DNA of 58,437 nt, counting the filler, from Platydemus manokwari (taxonomy: Eukaryota): the NCBI GenBank assembly GCA_037951405.1. It is 5 parts of 5 records of this genome, joined end to end, with 100 filler letters (N's around TTAATTAATTAA, not from the genome) between each part and the next. Parts side by side here need not be neighbours in the genome. Positions count along the whole stretch, not along the records: positions 23,966 to 34,347 come from JBBMOY011137994.1; positions 34,448 to 46,134 come from JBBMOY010523331.1; 3 more parts are not named here. One strand, written 5' to 3'. Below are positions 25,896 through 41,872 of the stretch, in pieces. Under the pieces are notes generated by a model. The model saw only the letters and a program-made list of their open reading frames with translations. It did not search any database and was not told the origin of the DNA. Every line of letters begins with the position of its first letter. Within the stretch, counting starts at the first letter, position 1. The position numbers and the translations under genes were made by a program.

Positions 25896-27102
25896 TTCGT
25901 GCTGTAGTAAGTATGAACAACAAGATGCACACAAAAGGGATGTGAATAAAGAAAATAAGTTTATAAAGAGCGAGTTAGCTCTCTATTTTCAACCATTCAA
26001 CAAGAAAACTTGAAAAGTAAGATACAATTTGTTATTATAGTAGTTTGCCTTGCAACAAATGTAGTTGTACGGAATTAACAGTATTATAGAGGTATTATTG
26101 TTTTGATATTAGCAGTGCGCTAATCCGTATAATAGTAAAGTATTATTGTGTAATATTAACCATGAGTAGATTATGAGCTAAGGTATTCAGCAGAAGTGTC
26201 GGGACTTAGTCCTAGTCTTATTATCATAATTTTATAGGTAATCGTGTTCTCTAAGTGTTAATTTTGCAGTGTAAATTGTTATATAGATATAATTTAATCA
26301 GAAAGTTGTTTTTACTTAGTGTGCATCGGATTTTGTACAGGAGTCAGATTAGGAGAATTAGACCGAGCCGTTAAATGAGAGTAGTTCTAAACTTAACAGT
26401 TCGACTAAATTCTTTAACTTTTAATGTACTTAACCACTTTGATAATTTTAGATAAACAATTATTGGAGAAAAGGTTTAATGTGTTCCTATATAGATAGAC
26501 TTAACTAACAAACGAATCAATTAAAACTGACACTGCAATAAGTATCATGACCCAATATAACTGGTTGTTATTTTTGGTTAATTCTTGCTCACTTAATAAA
26601 TATTTTTCTAAAAAAGGAAGCAATATTGCCCATACATTCAAAATGAATTTTGATGGCTTAATGATTTTATGAATTTATAGCAATCATTTCTTTTCAACAA
26701 TTAATCTCTATTCTATAAGAATATCTGAAGATGTGAGATCTTAACAATGGATTGATTTCCGGTCCTTTTATTTTAATTTTTTGGCAATTAAAAACATCTA
26801 TTTCTAATTAAATTCTTAAAAATTAGCCAATTATATTTTCAGATTTTAAATTCCGAAAAAATACTTTGTTTGTTGAAAGGCTTATTAAAAAAATAAAAAT
26901 GTTGACCAATTGATACTTTTTTATAATAATCACTCTCAAATTTTAGGCTATTTTCTTTAAACAAGATTTTTCTGAAGAATTTCCGATTACACTTTCAAAA
27001 GGCCATATTTTCGTTAAAACAATATAAAGATAGACAATTAGCAATTTATTTCAATTTAATTTAAAAAATGAAATCAAAAACGTTTGATAAACCCCAACCA
27101 AG

Positions 27103-27516
27103 TTAATTAACAAAAAATTTTGGAAAATTATCAGACAATTCGCAAATCAAATCAACATGGTCTTCCAAATAAAATAAATCATTTGAAGATATTCTCAAAT
27201 TATAAGAAACATTTTGAATCAACGAATATGTTGCCATTAATTGGGTTTGCATCATATTTATGCTAAGCTTGGTTTGATTATAAAGAATGTCTGTAAACTT
27301 TCTTAAATTTTGAATAAAGCTTTTCATGTCGCTATTCAAATTTGAATGGAATAATGATTTGTTACAAATATTCTTCACTGTGTTATTTTCATTATCAAAT
27401 TTAACATATACTGGATTAATTATTTGTTGATCATTTGTTAATTCTGAAATGGAAACCTTTTCATCTTCACTTTCATCAGCCTCACCATCAACGATAAATG
27501 CATCGGAGTAATTTGT
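27103..27516 (-). CDS. BLOC1S3: BLOC-1 complex subunit 3 homolog; the exon starts at a 3' acceptor and has no own ATG
   Basis: 137 open codons from TTTTAG|ACA (27516): TNYSDAFIVDGEADESEDE...SLFHSNL...QTQLMATYSLIQNVSYNLRISSNDLFYLEDHVDLIC. This matches the BLOS3 N-terminal VVxGEAxExD motif and C-terminal helical domain as I recall them. Confidence 0.75.
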   Translation of the reverse strand, partial: TNYSDAFIVDGEADESEDEKVSISELTNDQQIINPVYVKFDNENNTVKNICNKSLFHSNLNSDMKSFIQNLRKFTDILYNQTKLSINMMQTQLMATYSLIQNVSYNLRISSNDLFYLEDHVDLICELSDNFPKFFVN

Positions 27517-27592
27517 CTAAAATAATTAAAAATAAAGGAGTAATTATAATACTAAAGTTAAAAAATCAAAACATGAAGCAAATTTTAATAAT

Positions 27593-27949
27593 TTATTTCT
27601 CCACCCAAATATGTCGACATTTTTGACAAGAATATTTAGTAGTCATAGGTTCATCAGCAGATCTAGTTTGCATTTGCATAACATGTGCACGGTTGTGTGC
27701 ACATTTCGGACATATCTCTTCAGTTTCTGCAGTTCCTCGGAAATTATCTTCATCAGAAAGAACAAAACCAGTCTTCTCTTTATCATTGCCATGAATTTCT
27801 ATTTTATGAAACGTTTGAACAATTTGTTCACTAATTTCATGTTCAAAAAAACAATCTGGATTACTACATTTTAAATATGCCAATTTTTTGTGAGAATCTT
27901 TTTCAAAATTTAATAAAAATTTATCAACTGGGCAGAATATTATAGGCAT
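27593..27949 (-). CDS. POLR3K: RNA polymerase III subunit RPC11 (C11), intronless
   Basis: 118 aa with N-terminal IFCP..LL and a C-terminal TFIIS-like ribbon, CPKC....A...QMQTRSADEPMTT.Y.C..C.H.W. Confidence 0.88.
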   Translation of the reverse strand: MPIIFCPVDKFLLNFEKDSHKKLAYLKCSNPDCFFEHEISEQIVQTFHKIEIHGNDKEKTGFVLSDEDNFRGTAETEEICPKCAHNRAHVMQMQTRSADEPMTTKYSCQKCRHIWVEK

Positions 27950-28120
27950 TAAAATTAAATATTACAAGTAATATAAATTCCTAAATTTAAAATATTTTAG
28001 GTAACATATATTATTTAAACAAATATTAAGTGCTAAGCGAATAGATTTTATTAGTGCTGCAATACAATTTTTAAATTATAATAAAAATGCATTAATAAGT
28101 AAGTTTTAAAATAATTTTTT

Positions 28121-34179
<6,059 letters not shown>

Positions 34180-34347
34180 TTACCATACAAAATTTTAAAC
34201 ATGTCTTTGTTAGGGTTTCAATAAAAATATTAGTCAATAAATGTGCATGAAATTTTCATGTTTTGTTTAATATATTTTTTTTAGTATCACTTTTGTCTGG
34301 AATATGGCGAGTTCAAAAATAATAGTTAAATATAAGAATGAATTGAA

Positions 34348-34447
34348 NNNNNNNNNNNNNNNNNNNNNNNNNNNNNNNNNNNNNNNNNNNNTTAATTAAT
34401 TAANNNNNNNNNNNNNNNNNNNNNNNNNNNNNNNNNNNNNNNNNNNN
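34348..34447. other. Artificial contig linker (N44-TTAATTAATTAA-N44)
   Basis: Identical 100-nt structure; base composition changes abruptly across it. Confidence 0.97.
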
Positions 34448-34448
34448 A

Positions 34449-37400
34449 AACGTTAGTCACCATTTTGTTTTGAGAGATAAGATTTCGGGTGATCTTAGAT
34501 TCTATTATGCAAGCGCCAATAACATGGCAATATTCAATACTCCCATACTAGTAAACAATAAAGATGATTTTGATAGTTTTGTAGATCGGTTGTCCGATAG
34601 CGATTTTTGCAATTACATTAATTATAATAGACCCGATTCCTCATACACACCAGAAGCTTTACCATCAACCAGTATTTATATTTATCCAATTTTCGAACAC
34701 CCTATAGGTTGTCTGTTGGATGAAATACCTGAACATCTAGTAAAAGCCAAAGGGCTATTCACACTCCAAAATGATAGAATAAGCAATAGGCCATATAGAG
34801 ATAATTTATGTTTTTTCAGATGTCTGGCGCTTTTTAAGGGTGCCGGTATTAAACACCTGAGTATTCCAACAAACAAACTTTTTAAGCAGTGGGAGAGTTT
34901 TAATAAAAAGCCCCTCCCAAAACCATTTACAGGAATAGAATTGTCCCAAATCCCAATGTTGGAGGAATGTTTCAATACAACTATTGATGTATTTGAAATG
35001 CAAGACAAAGCGCTCAGACCATGCATACGAGGTGAAACTGTTTACACAGACAAAATGCAAGTCTTGATATATGAAAACCATTTCATGTATATCAATGACA
35101 TTGATAAGGTCACCCGTAGCTTTTCATGCGGCAAATGTGGCAAGCTATGGAAAAAATTATGCCAGCTGGAAAGACACCTTAAAACGTGTAGTGGAGATAC
35201 GCCCCGTTCGGTTTACAAAGGTGGTGTTTACAACCCACCAGAAACTATTTGGGAAAAACTTGCCTCTCACGGCATTGATGTCGATACATCGTATGTTTAC
35301 CCTTTCAGGGCGACATGGGACTATGAATGTTATTTTCAGCATTCGGATTTACCGACATGTAAATCTGGTAACACCGTCTTTAAAAGTAGACATATTCCTC
35401 TGAGTTGTTCTATTGCCTCCAACGTTCCCGGTTTAGAGCCTCCCAAATTTTTTGTAAACCAAGGGGATCCCCAGATACTAGTAGATAGCATGGTAAAGTA
35501 TTTGTTAAAAATTTCTACCAAAGCCTTTTCAGTCTTAAAAGAGAGATTTAGTTGGGTGTACAGTGAAATTAACGCCTTGCCAGAAGAAATAGATGATGGG
35601 AAAAAACGTATAAAGGTCCAAGATGTTTTGACAGAAAAATTAGATGAATACTTAGCACAGCTCCCGGTGATAGGTTTTAACTCTGGGAAATACGACATCA
35701 ATTTAATAAAGCCCTATTTAATAAAAAATTTTGAAGTTAAAAGAGCAGCACGTTTAAAACGCTTAAAATTCTTGGCTAAAGTAGAGGCGGCATTGGGGAA
35801 GAATAAACTTAATTTAAACCCAATCCCTAAACAAGATCTTTTTAAATTTATGGTAAAACAAAACAATAACTATATGTGTATCTCCACCTACCAACTTAAA
35901 TTCCTTGACATTTCCAATTATTTGGCCCCAGGCGTAAGTTATAGTAAATATTTAGCTTCATTCAAAATTGAAGAGGCTAAAGGTGTGTTTTGTTATGAAT
36001 ATATAACAGACCTTGATAAGTTGAACGATAGAGCACTGCCACCCCATTCAGCTTTTTATTCAGAGCTGAAAAATTGTAACATCACAGAGGATGAGTACAA
36101 GCAGTGCCAAAAGCTTTGGGTTGATAACAATATGACCACACTCAAAGACTTTTTAGAACTATACAATAATAAAGACGTAACTCCATTCCTCCTAGCTTTG
36201 GAAAAGCAAGTTTGCTTTTATGCAAAATTGGGGGTGGATATGTTCAAAGATGCTATTTCAGTGCCTGGGGTAACACTAAAGTATCTATTTAAAACACTCC
36301 CAAAAGATGTATCATTTTGGCTCTTTTCGAACACCGACACCCATATCCACACAGCGTTGAGGAATAATATAGTCGGGGGCCCCTCTATAATATTTCATAG
36401 AAATCACCAAATGGGGGAAACGCGTATAAGGGGAAATAAACCTATGCAAAGTCTCAAGGGGTACGACGCGAACGCTCTTTACTTGTGGGCGATTATGCAG
36501 AAAATGCCCAGTGACTATCCCACCACGAGACGTAAAGAGAATGGGTTTAAGATCCATAAATTTAAATGTTTTAAAGTTCAGTGTCGGGAGTATTTAACTT
36601 GGATAGCTCACAAAAATAATATCCAGTTGAAAACTCAGTTCAATGGTCAGGAAATGCGGTTGGGTTCTAGGAGGATTCCAGTTGATGGGTGGGATCACAA
36701 AACACGAACTGCTTATCAGTTCCATGGGTGTTTATTTCACGGACACCCCAATTGTAAACTCACTGCTGGTCATGATGTAAATCCAATCAGCAAAAAAGAC
36801 ATGAAAGAGTTGTACAAAAATACTAGGTTTATCTACAAATATTTGACTGAATTAGTACGAGTCAACGTTGTAGAAATGTGGGAGTGTGAATGGAAAGTAT
36901 TGAAAAAGTCCAACAAAGCAATTTCAGACTTTTTATCAGCATCACTCCCACGTCATAAACCATCCTACACAAACAGTAAAAAATATCCAATAACTGAACA
37001 ACAGATTTTGGACTCTGTTGAAGATGAGACCTTATTCGGTCTCGTTGAGTGCGATATCCACGTCCCTGACCATTTAAAATCTCATTTCTCTGAGATGACT
37101 CCAATCTTTAAAAACATAGAGGTGGGCCGGGAAGATATAGGTGAGTTTATGAAAGAGTACGCCGTTAAAAATAAGTTATTATCAACAAAGAGAAGGACAC
37201 TGATAGGAAGTTATATTGGGGAAAAAATTATGTTGGCCACACCATTGTTAAAGTGGTATTTGAAAAAGGGTCTTGTAGTCACAAATATTTACCAGGTAAT
37301 AGAATACCAACCAACCGCGTGTTTTAAAGAGTTTGGGAAAACCGTTTCGAATGCTAGACGTAGGGGTGATCGTGATCCCTCATGTATGATAACGGGTGAA

Positions 37401-38219
37401 ACAATGAAGTTGTTAGGTAACGCGGCTTATGGGAAGACTCTAACTAATAAAGCTAAACATACTGAGATATTGTATGAAAATAAGAAAGATGCTTCCGCCC
37501 TTGTAAATAGTTGTAGATTTAAAAAGATGACACCAGTAGAAGGGGCTGATCTTTACGAGGTAGAATTGTTGCGCGAAAAGATAGAATGGGATCTCCCTCT
37601 CCAAATAGGTTTTTTTGTTTATCAATATGCCAAGTTAAGAATGTTAGAGTTTTACTATGATTTCATTGACGTATACATAGATAGATCAGATTTTCAGTTG
37701 TGTGAGATGGATACGGATAGTTTGTATATGGCGTTAAGTACACCCAATCTAATAGATGCAATTCGTCCAGAGAAATTAGAGTCTTTTTATGTAGAGTATG
37801 ATAGGTGGTTTCCTGCTGAAGTCTGCGTGGCCCACAAAGATGCGTTCAAAAGGGGTGAGGTGGTAGCTTGTAGTGTATGTGAGGGGAAAAAATTATACCA
37901 TAAAAGAACTCCTGGGCTATTTAAACTCGAATATGAGGGTGAGGGTATGGTTAGTTTATGTAGTAAGACATATCATTGCACAGGGGCATACAACAAAACA
38001 TCCACTAAGGGACTCAGTAAAACACACAATAACTTAGAAAGGAGTAATTTTTTAGAAGTACTAGAAACACAAAAGAACCAAGGTGGGAAAAATTCAGGGA
38101 TCAAACCACAGGGCATGTCATTATACACGTACCAACAGCACAGAAATTCTCTTTCTTATTTTTATATCAAGAGAATAGTGGACCCAGATGGCGTTACAAC
38201 TTCACCACTTAACATCTAA
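34449..38219 (+). CDS. polB: Protein-primed family B DNA polymerase (5'-truncated; the frame is open to the contig edge)
   Basis: vOTU-like DNLCFFRCLA...YENHFMYI; C2H2-like CGKCGK..LERHLKTC; exonuclease motifs TWDYEC, GFNSGKYD, YNNKDV; polymerase motifs YDANALY, KLLGNAAYGK, MDTDS; Vsr-like insert VDG..YQFHGCLFHGH..EMWECEW. Confidence 0.96.
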   Translation, partial: NVSHHFVLRDKISGDLRFYYASANNMAIFNTPILVNNKDDFDSFVDRLSDSDFCNYINYNRPDSSYTPEALPSTSIYIYPIFEHPIGCLLDEIPEHLVKAKGLFTLQNDRISNRPYRDNLCFFRCLALFKGAGIKHLSIPTNKLFKQWESFNKKPLPKPFTGIELSQIPMLEECFNTTIDVFEMQDKALRPCIRGETVYTDKMQVLIYENHFMYINDIDKVTRSFSCGKCGKLWKKLCQLERHLKTCSGDTPRSVYKGGVYNPPETIWEKLASHGIDVDTSYVYPFRATWDYECYFQHSDLPTCKSGNTVFKSRHIPLSCSIASNVPGLEPPKFFVNQGDPQILVDSMVKYLLKISTKAFSVLKERFSWVYSEINALPEEIDDGKKRIKVQDVLTEKLDEYLAQLPVIGFNSGKYDINLIKPYLIKNFEVKRAARLKRLKFLAKVEAALGKNKLNLNPIPKQDLFKFMVKQNNNYMCISTYQLKFLDISNYLAPGVSYSKYLASFKIEEAKGVFCYEYITDLDKLNDRALPPHSAFYSELKNCNITEDEYKQCQKLWVDNNMTTLKDFLELYNNKDVTPFLLALEKQVCFYAKLGVDMFKDAISVPGVTLKYLFKTLPKDVSFWLFSNTDTHIHTALRNNIVGGPSIIFHRNHQMGETRIRGNKPMQSLKGYDANALYLWAIMQKMPSDYPTTRRKENGFKIHKFKCFKVQCREYLTWIAHKNNIQLKTQFNGQEMRLGSRRIPVDGWDHKTRTAYQFHGCLFHGHPNCKLTAGHDVNPISKKDMKELYKNTRFIYKYLTELVRVNVVEMWECEWKVLKKSNKAISDFLSASLPRHKPSYTNSKKYPITEQQILDSVEDETLFGLVECDIHVPDHLKSHFSEMTPIFKNIEVGREDIGEFMKEYAVKNKLLSTKRRTLIGSYIGEKIMLATPLLKWYLKKGLVVTNIYQVIEYQPTACFKEFGKTVSNARRRGDRDPSCMITGETMKLLGNAAYGKTLTNKAKHTEILYENKKDASALVNSCRFKKMTPVEGADLYEVELLREKIEWDLPLQIGFFVYQYAKLRMLEFYYDFIDVYIDRSDFQLCEMDTDSLYMALSTPNLIDAIRPEKLESFYVEYDRWFPAEVCVAHKDAFKRGEVVACSVCEGKKLYHKRTPGLFKLEYEGEGMVSLCSKTYHCTGAYNKTSTKGLSKTHNNLERSNFLEVLETQKNQGGKNSGIKPQGMSLYTYQQHRNSLSYFYIKRIVDPDGVTTSPLNI

Positions 38220-38594
38220 TTTTGTTTGTCTTTACACATTTTCTATTACTTGTTTTGTTGATATATAAATATTTCATTAATTACTTCCATGATTTTGTCT
38301 AATAATATTATTTTTTTACCTTGGCTTACTTTGTTTGTTTGTTTGACCCGGTTGATGTGATATTTTGTTGTTTGAAACTTCATCTGAATAAAAATTTCGA
38401 GAAGCCCGTTTTTTTTTGTATAGCAATAAACTGATTTGAAATGCTGACTCGTGTTTTATTACTGTATATGTCTTTGTGTCTGTCTGTTTGTGTGTGTGTT
38501 TCAATGTTGTACAAATACTATGGCTTGTGAAAAGAAAAAAGAAAAAATGTAACATTATGCAAGGACTATAAACACGCAAGAAAAGAAGAGCAAC

Positions 38595-38700
38595 AACAAC
38601 AACTACACAATTTGAAGAACAACAACTACACAATTTGAAGAACAACAACTACATAATTTGAAGAACAACACAATATGAAGAACAACAAGAAATATATTTG
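38595..38700. repeat. 23-bp tandem repeat (AACAACAACTACACAATTTGAAG x3 plus degenerate copies) between convergent Polinton genes
   Basis: Copies at 38595-38617, 38618-38640 and 38641-38663 (1 mismatch), then shortened variants. Confidence 0.9.
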
Positions 38701-38933
38701 AACAAATATATATGAACAAAACCAACAACAACTTTAACGTCTACAAATAAACATCTCATACTGAACGCAAAACTCAAATAACTAAGTTAAAACTGCAGTG
38801 GTTTTTAATCACATTATTTATTGACACAAAAATGGATTGTTTGTTCACATTCTTTGACCTGTTGAAATAATAATATTTAAAATATATAAGAGTCATATCC
38901 TCTGAATTCACAATATTGTCAAAGTACACATTT

Positions 38934-39494
38934 CTAAAATGGAAGATTTTTTAGCTTTCTGATGTATTTCCTCTTTAGTGTCGGTGCTATAGTCTGAATG
39001 TTTTGTTCTTCTGGTAATAGTTGTGTATCACTAATTGTGTCTGTTTCATAGATTGGTGTATCTGGAACCACATCATTCATGAAATATGAATAGTCCCAGT
39101 TGAGAGATTCTGTAGTCGGCCATTTTGTTAAAGTATTGTTCTGAACACTTGGTGAACTGGATGTAGATGCTGAGTTGGTTGCTTTATTGATTAAAGTTGT
39201 AGCTGTGGGAGGTTTCTGACACAAGGCTTGAACTCGATCATACTCTGCCAGTACATCATCTCGCATGTCTGTCAAATCTTTGTATTCTTGTCTGGTAAGA
39301 GTAATCCCATAACGTGTGGGAAACTTTTTATCAGACTCACCAAAATAACGACGAAGGTGAATGCTAACTGTTCCGTTGTAAGCTGAAACGGAAACGCCTT
39401 TCACACCAGTGTCCAAAGGTTTAACAAGCTCTCCCTGTCTGGTCATGTAAATGCTGTTTGTAGCTATTGGGGTTGTTTGTTTCTGGGCAGACAT
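38934..39494 (-). CDS. PC4/Sub1-like ssDNA-binding domain protein (Polinton)
   Basis: VSVSAYNGTVSIHLRRYF...KFPTRYGITLTRQEYKDL aligns with the PC4 pattern VSV..F.G...IDIREY......P..KGISL...QW..L. The first ATG is at 39494; the ORF track starts at a TTG. Confidence 0.8.
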   Translation of the reverse strand: MSAQKQTTPIATNSIYMTRQGELVKPLDTGVKGVSVSAYNGTVSIHLRRYFGESDKKFPTRYGITLTRQEYKDLTDMRDDVLAEYDRVQALCQKPPTATTLINKATNSASTSSSPSVQNNTLTKWPTTESLNWDYSYFMNDVVPDTPIYETDTISDTQLLPEEQNIQTIAPTLKRKYIRKLKNLPF

Positions 39495-39541
39495 CTCTCT
39501 AGGTGTTGACAGTAGCTGTAATGACAAACTATCGGTCTTCC

Positions 39542-40087
39542 TTAGTTTATATACACCAGGGAAGAGGTCGACGACCTGGTTGGGTTTAAAAAATGATGCA
39601 GGTCAAAGGGTGTGGCCTGTAACTCTAGTCTCTTTCTGACTAGGTTATAAACGACTCTGTCGTTTCGCCATTGGTTGGCTCCAGCTGAAAACGGATACAA
39701 CACGCGACGCATACTCCCACCACGGCACTTGAGCATGATGAAATAAATGACGTAGAGCCCGCAAGCGTTACTGGCGACATCTTGTAAATGCCTAGAATTG
39801 TAAACGTATGGTCTGTTGGAGTTTCTTTGTATAAAGTCTTCAATGTCTGTGTGTCTAGGTGGTTGGCCAAATGAGTCGAAATAGTCAAACTTACCAGCCC
39901 CGTTATAAAATAAACCAACCCAGTGGCTCCCAGGTAGGTGACTTGGATCAGTGTTTACCACAAAGATGGCTGTTTTCATTGGGTTAATGTACAGAGGTAA
40001 ACGGTCTCTGGGTAAAACCCGAATGAGACCTACACGACGAACAACACTATCTGCTATCAAAAGTCTACGAATGTCTGCTGTGTTCAT
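39542..40087 (-). CDS. pro: Adenain-like cysteine maturation protease
   Basis: VNTDP...GSHWV, YFDSFG and LQ.....ACGLY give the His-Asp-Cys triad and the oxyanion Gln. Confidence 0.93.
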   Translation of the reverse strand: MNTADIRRLLIADSVVRRVGLIRVLPRDRLPLYINPMKTAIFVVNTDPSHLPGSHWVGLFYNGAGKFDYFDSFGQPPRHTDIEDFIQRNSNRPYVYNSRHLQDVASNACGLYVIYFIMLKCRGGSMRRVLYPFSAGANQWRNDRVVYNLVRKRLELQATPFDLHHFLNPTRSSTSSLVYIN

Positions 40088-41394
40088 GCTGAATAATCTG
40101 TCAACACTTGACGGGTCTTGGAGATTTCTAGTATCGAGTCCAGTTCGGCATACACGACGACTTGTAACGGTTCTGGTGTACCGCTAGTGAATTTAAGTTC
40201 AATTGAAACTGGGCCAGACTTTGCCATTTCAAACTGGTCTCCATCCAACAGACTGGGGCTGAGGTCAAAAGCATAGAAGGCGTAACCATTCATGAAGTGT
40301 GCATAGGCGAGATCATTTCCAACATCTTTGCCAATAAGACCCAGGGTGAGACTTGTTCCAAAATATGCTCGCGCGTAGTGATTGTGTGCATAATCCAACG
40401 TCAGAGGTTTTCCACTGACTGTTCTTCCATCTACACTGACGTTCAAGTACGACATATTAAAGTTTTGAAAGTCGAATGGGTTAAGTGTGTAGTAACCATT
40501 AAACGCATTCGAAGAAACCAATCCAATAACTACTCGAGTGGGAGTTTGACTGAGAAATAGATTATCTTGAGTGTGTGAGAACATACCTTTTGGAATAGAG
40601 AATGTTTTCAGTGTTACTCGTTTCAAAGGATACTTGGCATTTCCTCTCAAAAGGGCCTTCTCGTGTGCTAGAGATATGGCTGGATTCAGTTTAGCTTTTC
40701 TAACGACCAAGGTTGCATGTGTGATGACAGACTTGAACCCAGCCATCCAATCATTAGCCATAAGATTGAATGTATCTTTCGAAGGAACTAGTTTTACTTT
40801 AACATCTACACCATTTAAGAGGTAGCGGTCTTGAGCAAAGATATCAGAATGTAAACGACCCATCATATCCAGCTCTTTCGAGCTAGCTGTTAAACTTCGA
40901 CGTATTTTTAGTCCGTTGTTATCATCACCCTGTGTAGCATCTAGATGTCCGGGAGTGTCTTTATAAAAGAGAGCAGCTGTCATATGAGATGTCTTGGCTT
41001 CCCTCCCATAATTCAGAGTGGCTTCTATGTAAGATCTGTATGGATAGGTATTCTCGCTCGGTGTGATTAATGTATCATTCAAAGAAACATCTACTTGAGA
41101 AAATAAACTATGGAGATAATAGTTGACTGGTGCTACGTCTAAATCAGGAAGTATTTGGTCACCATTGGAGGAGGTGACTTTTGCTCTCACGTGGAGAAAT
41201 GTATTAAATAAATCCAGATACTCTTCACCATTTCCAGAAATGAAAAATTCTATAGGTGCCCCTGGTGCTAAGGCGGCCAAAGGATGTATCTCGATAAACT
41301 GACCTTCCTCTACAGCAGTCTGAGTCGGTGGCACGCTAAACAAGTCCAAACCCGAATGCAAGCATTCGCATGAGTTGGGGTGAATTAAAGCCAT
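40084..41394 (-). CDS. mcp: Major capsid protein (double jelly-roll, hexon-like)
   Basis: 436 aa; SGLDLF.VPPTQT, YLDL.NT.L, HSLFSQVDV.LN, YPYRSYIE..LNY and NPF.FQ.F are typical of Polinton MCPs, and the gene context fits. Confidence 0.9.
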   Translation of the reverse strand: MALIHPNSCECLHSGLDLFSVPPTQTAVEEGQFIEIHPLAALAPGAPIEFFISGNGEEYLDLFNTFLHVRAKVTSSNGDQILPDLDVAPVNYYLHSLFSQVDVSLNDTLITPSENTYPYRSYIEATLNYGREAKTSHMTAALFYKDTPGHLDATQGDDNNGLKIRRSLTASSKELDMMGRLHSDIFAQDRYLLNGVDVKVKLVPSKDTFNLMANDWMAGFKSVITHATLVVRKAKLNPAISLAHEKALLRGNAKYPLKRVTLKTFSIPKGMFSHTQDNLFLSQTPTRVVIGLVSSNAFNGYYTLNPFDFQNFNMSYLNVSVDGRTVSGKPLTLDYAHNHYARAYFGTSLTLGLIGKDVGNDLAYAHFMNGYAFYAFDLSPSLLDGDQFEMAKSGPVSIELKFTSGTPEPLQVVVYAELDSILEISKTRQVLTDYSA

Positions 41395-41870
41395 TATCCA
41401 AAAATATCGGAATACTTTGCAGTCTTCTTCTTTTTGTGAGAATGAGACCGAATCTTGGTGTTCTTGCGTTTTATGCTTTTTCTAAAAGGCTCGCCTGGTG
41501 GCGCAACCAACTGTTTTCTTTTTCTAAAACCGCTTCCTGATTGGTTGCCTGCTAGATGACTTGCCGCTCCATGTAACAGCCGCTGACCAGCTCCTTTCGC
41601 GTGTTCTTTGAAAGATTCTCCCACGTTTCTACCAGCTAACGCGTCTTGTGCTACTTGAAGTCCTGTGCCAAGTCCTTCTCTAAGAAGTGCTTTGCCTCCT
41701 GTTTTTAACCACGGCAGTACCATTCTACCTAAACCACCAAAGAAACTACCCAGTCCATGTCCTTTTTGACTTCGTCCACCTACAAATACAGGAATTCCGT
41801 GGCCGGCCTGATTGCAGTAAAACTCTTCATAAAGTTTGGGGTTTCGCTTTAGTTGGACGTGTCTCACCAT
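41394..41870 (-). CDS. Virion core / membrane-lytic precursor (pX/pVI-like) with QxGxG sites and a basic tail
   Basis: QAGHG, QKGHG and QSGSG; amphipathic LGSFFGGLGRMVLPWLKTGGKALL; K/R-rich C-terminus. Confidence 0.72.
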   Translation of the reverse strand: MVRHVQLKRNPKLYEEFYCNQAGHGIPVFVGGRSQKGHGLGSFFGGLGRMVLPWLKTGGKALLREGLGTGLQVAQDALAGRNVGESFKEHAKGAGQRLLHGAASHLAGNQSGSGFRKRKQLVAPPGEPFRKSIKRKNTKIRSHSHKKKKTAKYSDIFG

Positions 41871-41872
41871 GT

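Noticed and set aside
38316-38648. 110-aa minus-strand ORF
   Set aside because: Non-ATG start; produced by the 23-bp repeat and low-complexity sequence.
38595-38700. 23-bp repeats as a CRISPR-like array
   Set aside because: Head-to-tail copies without unique spacers, no cas genes, and a eukaryotic context.
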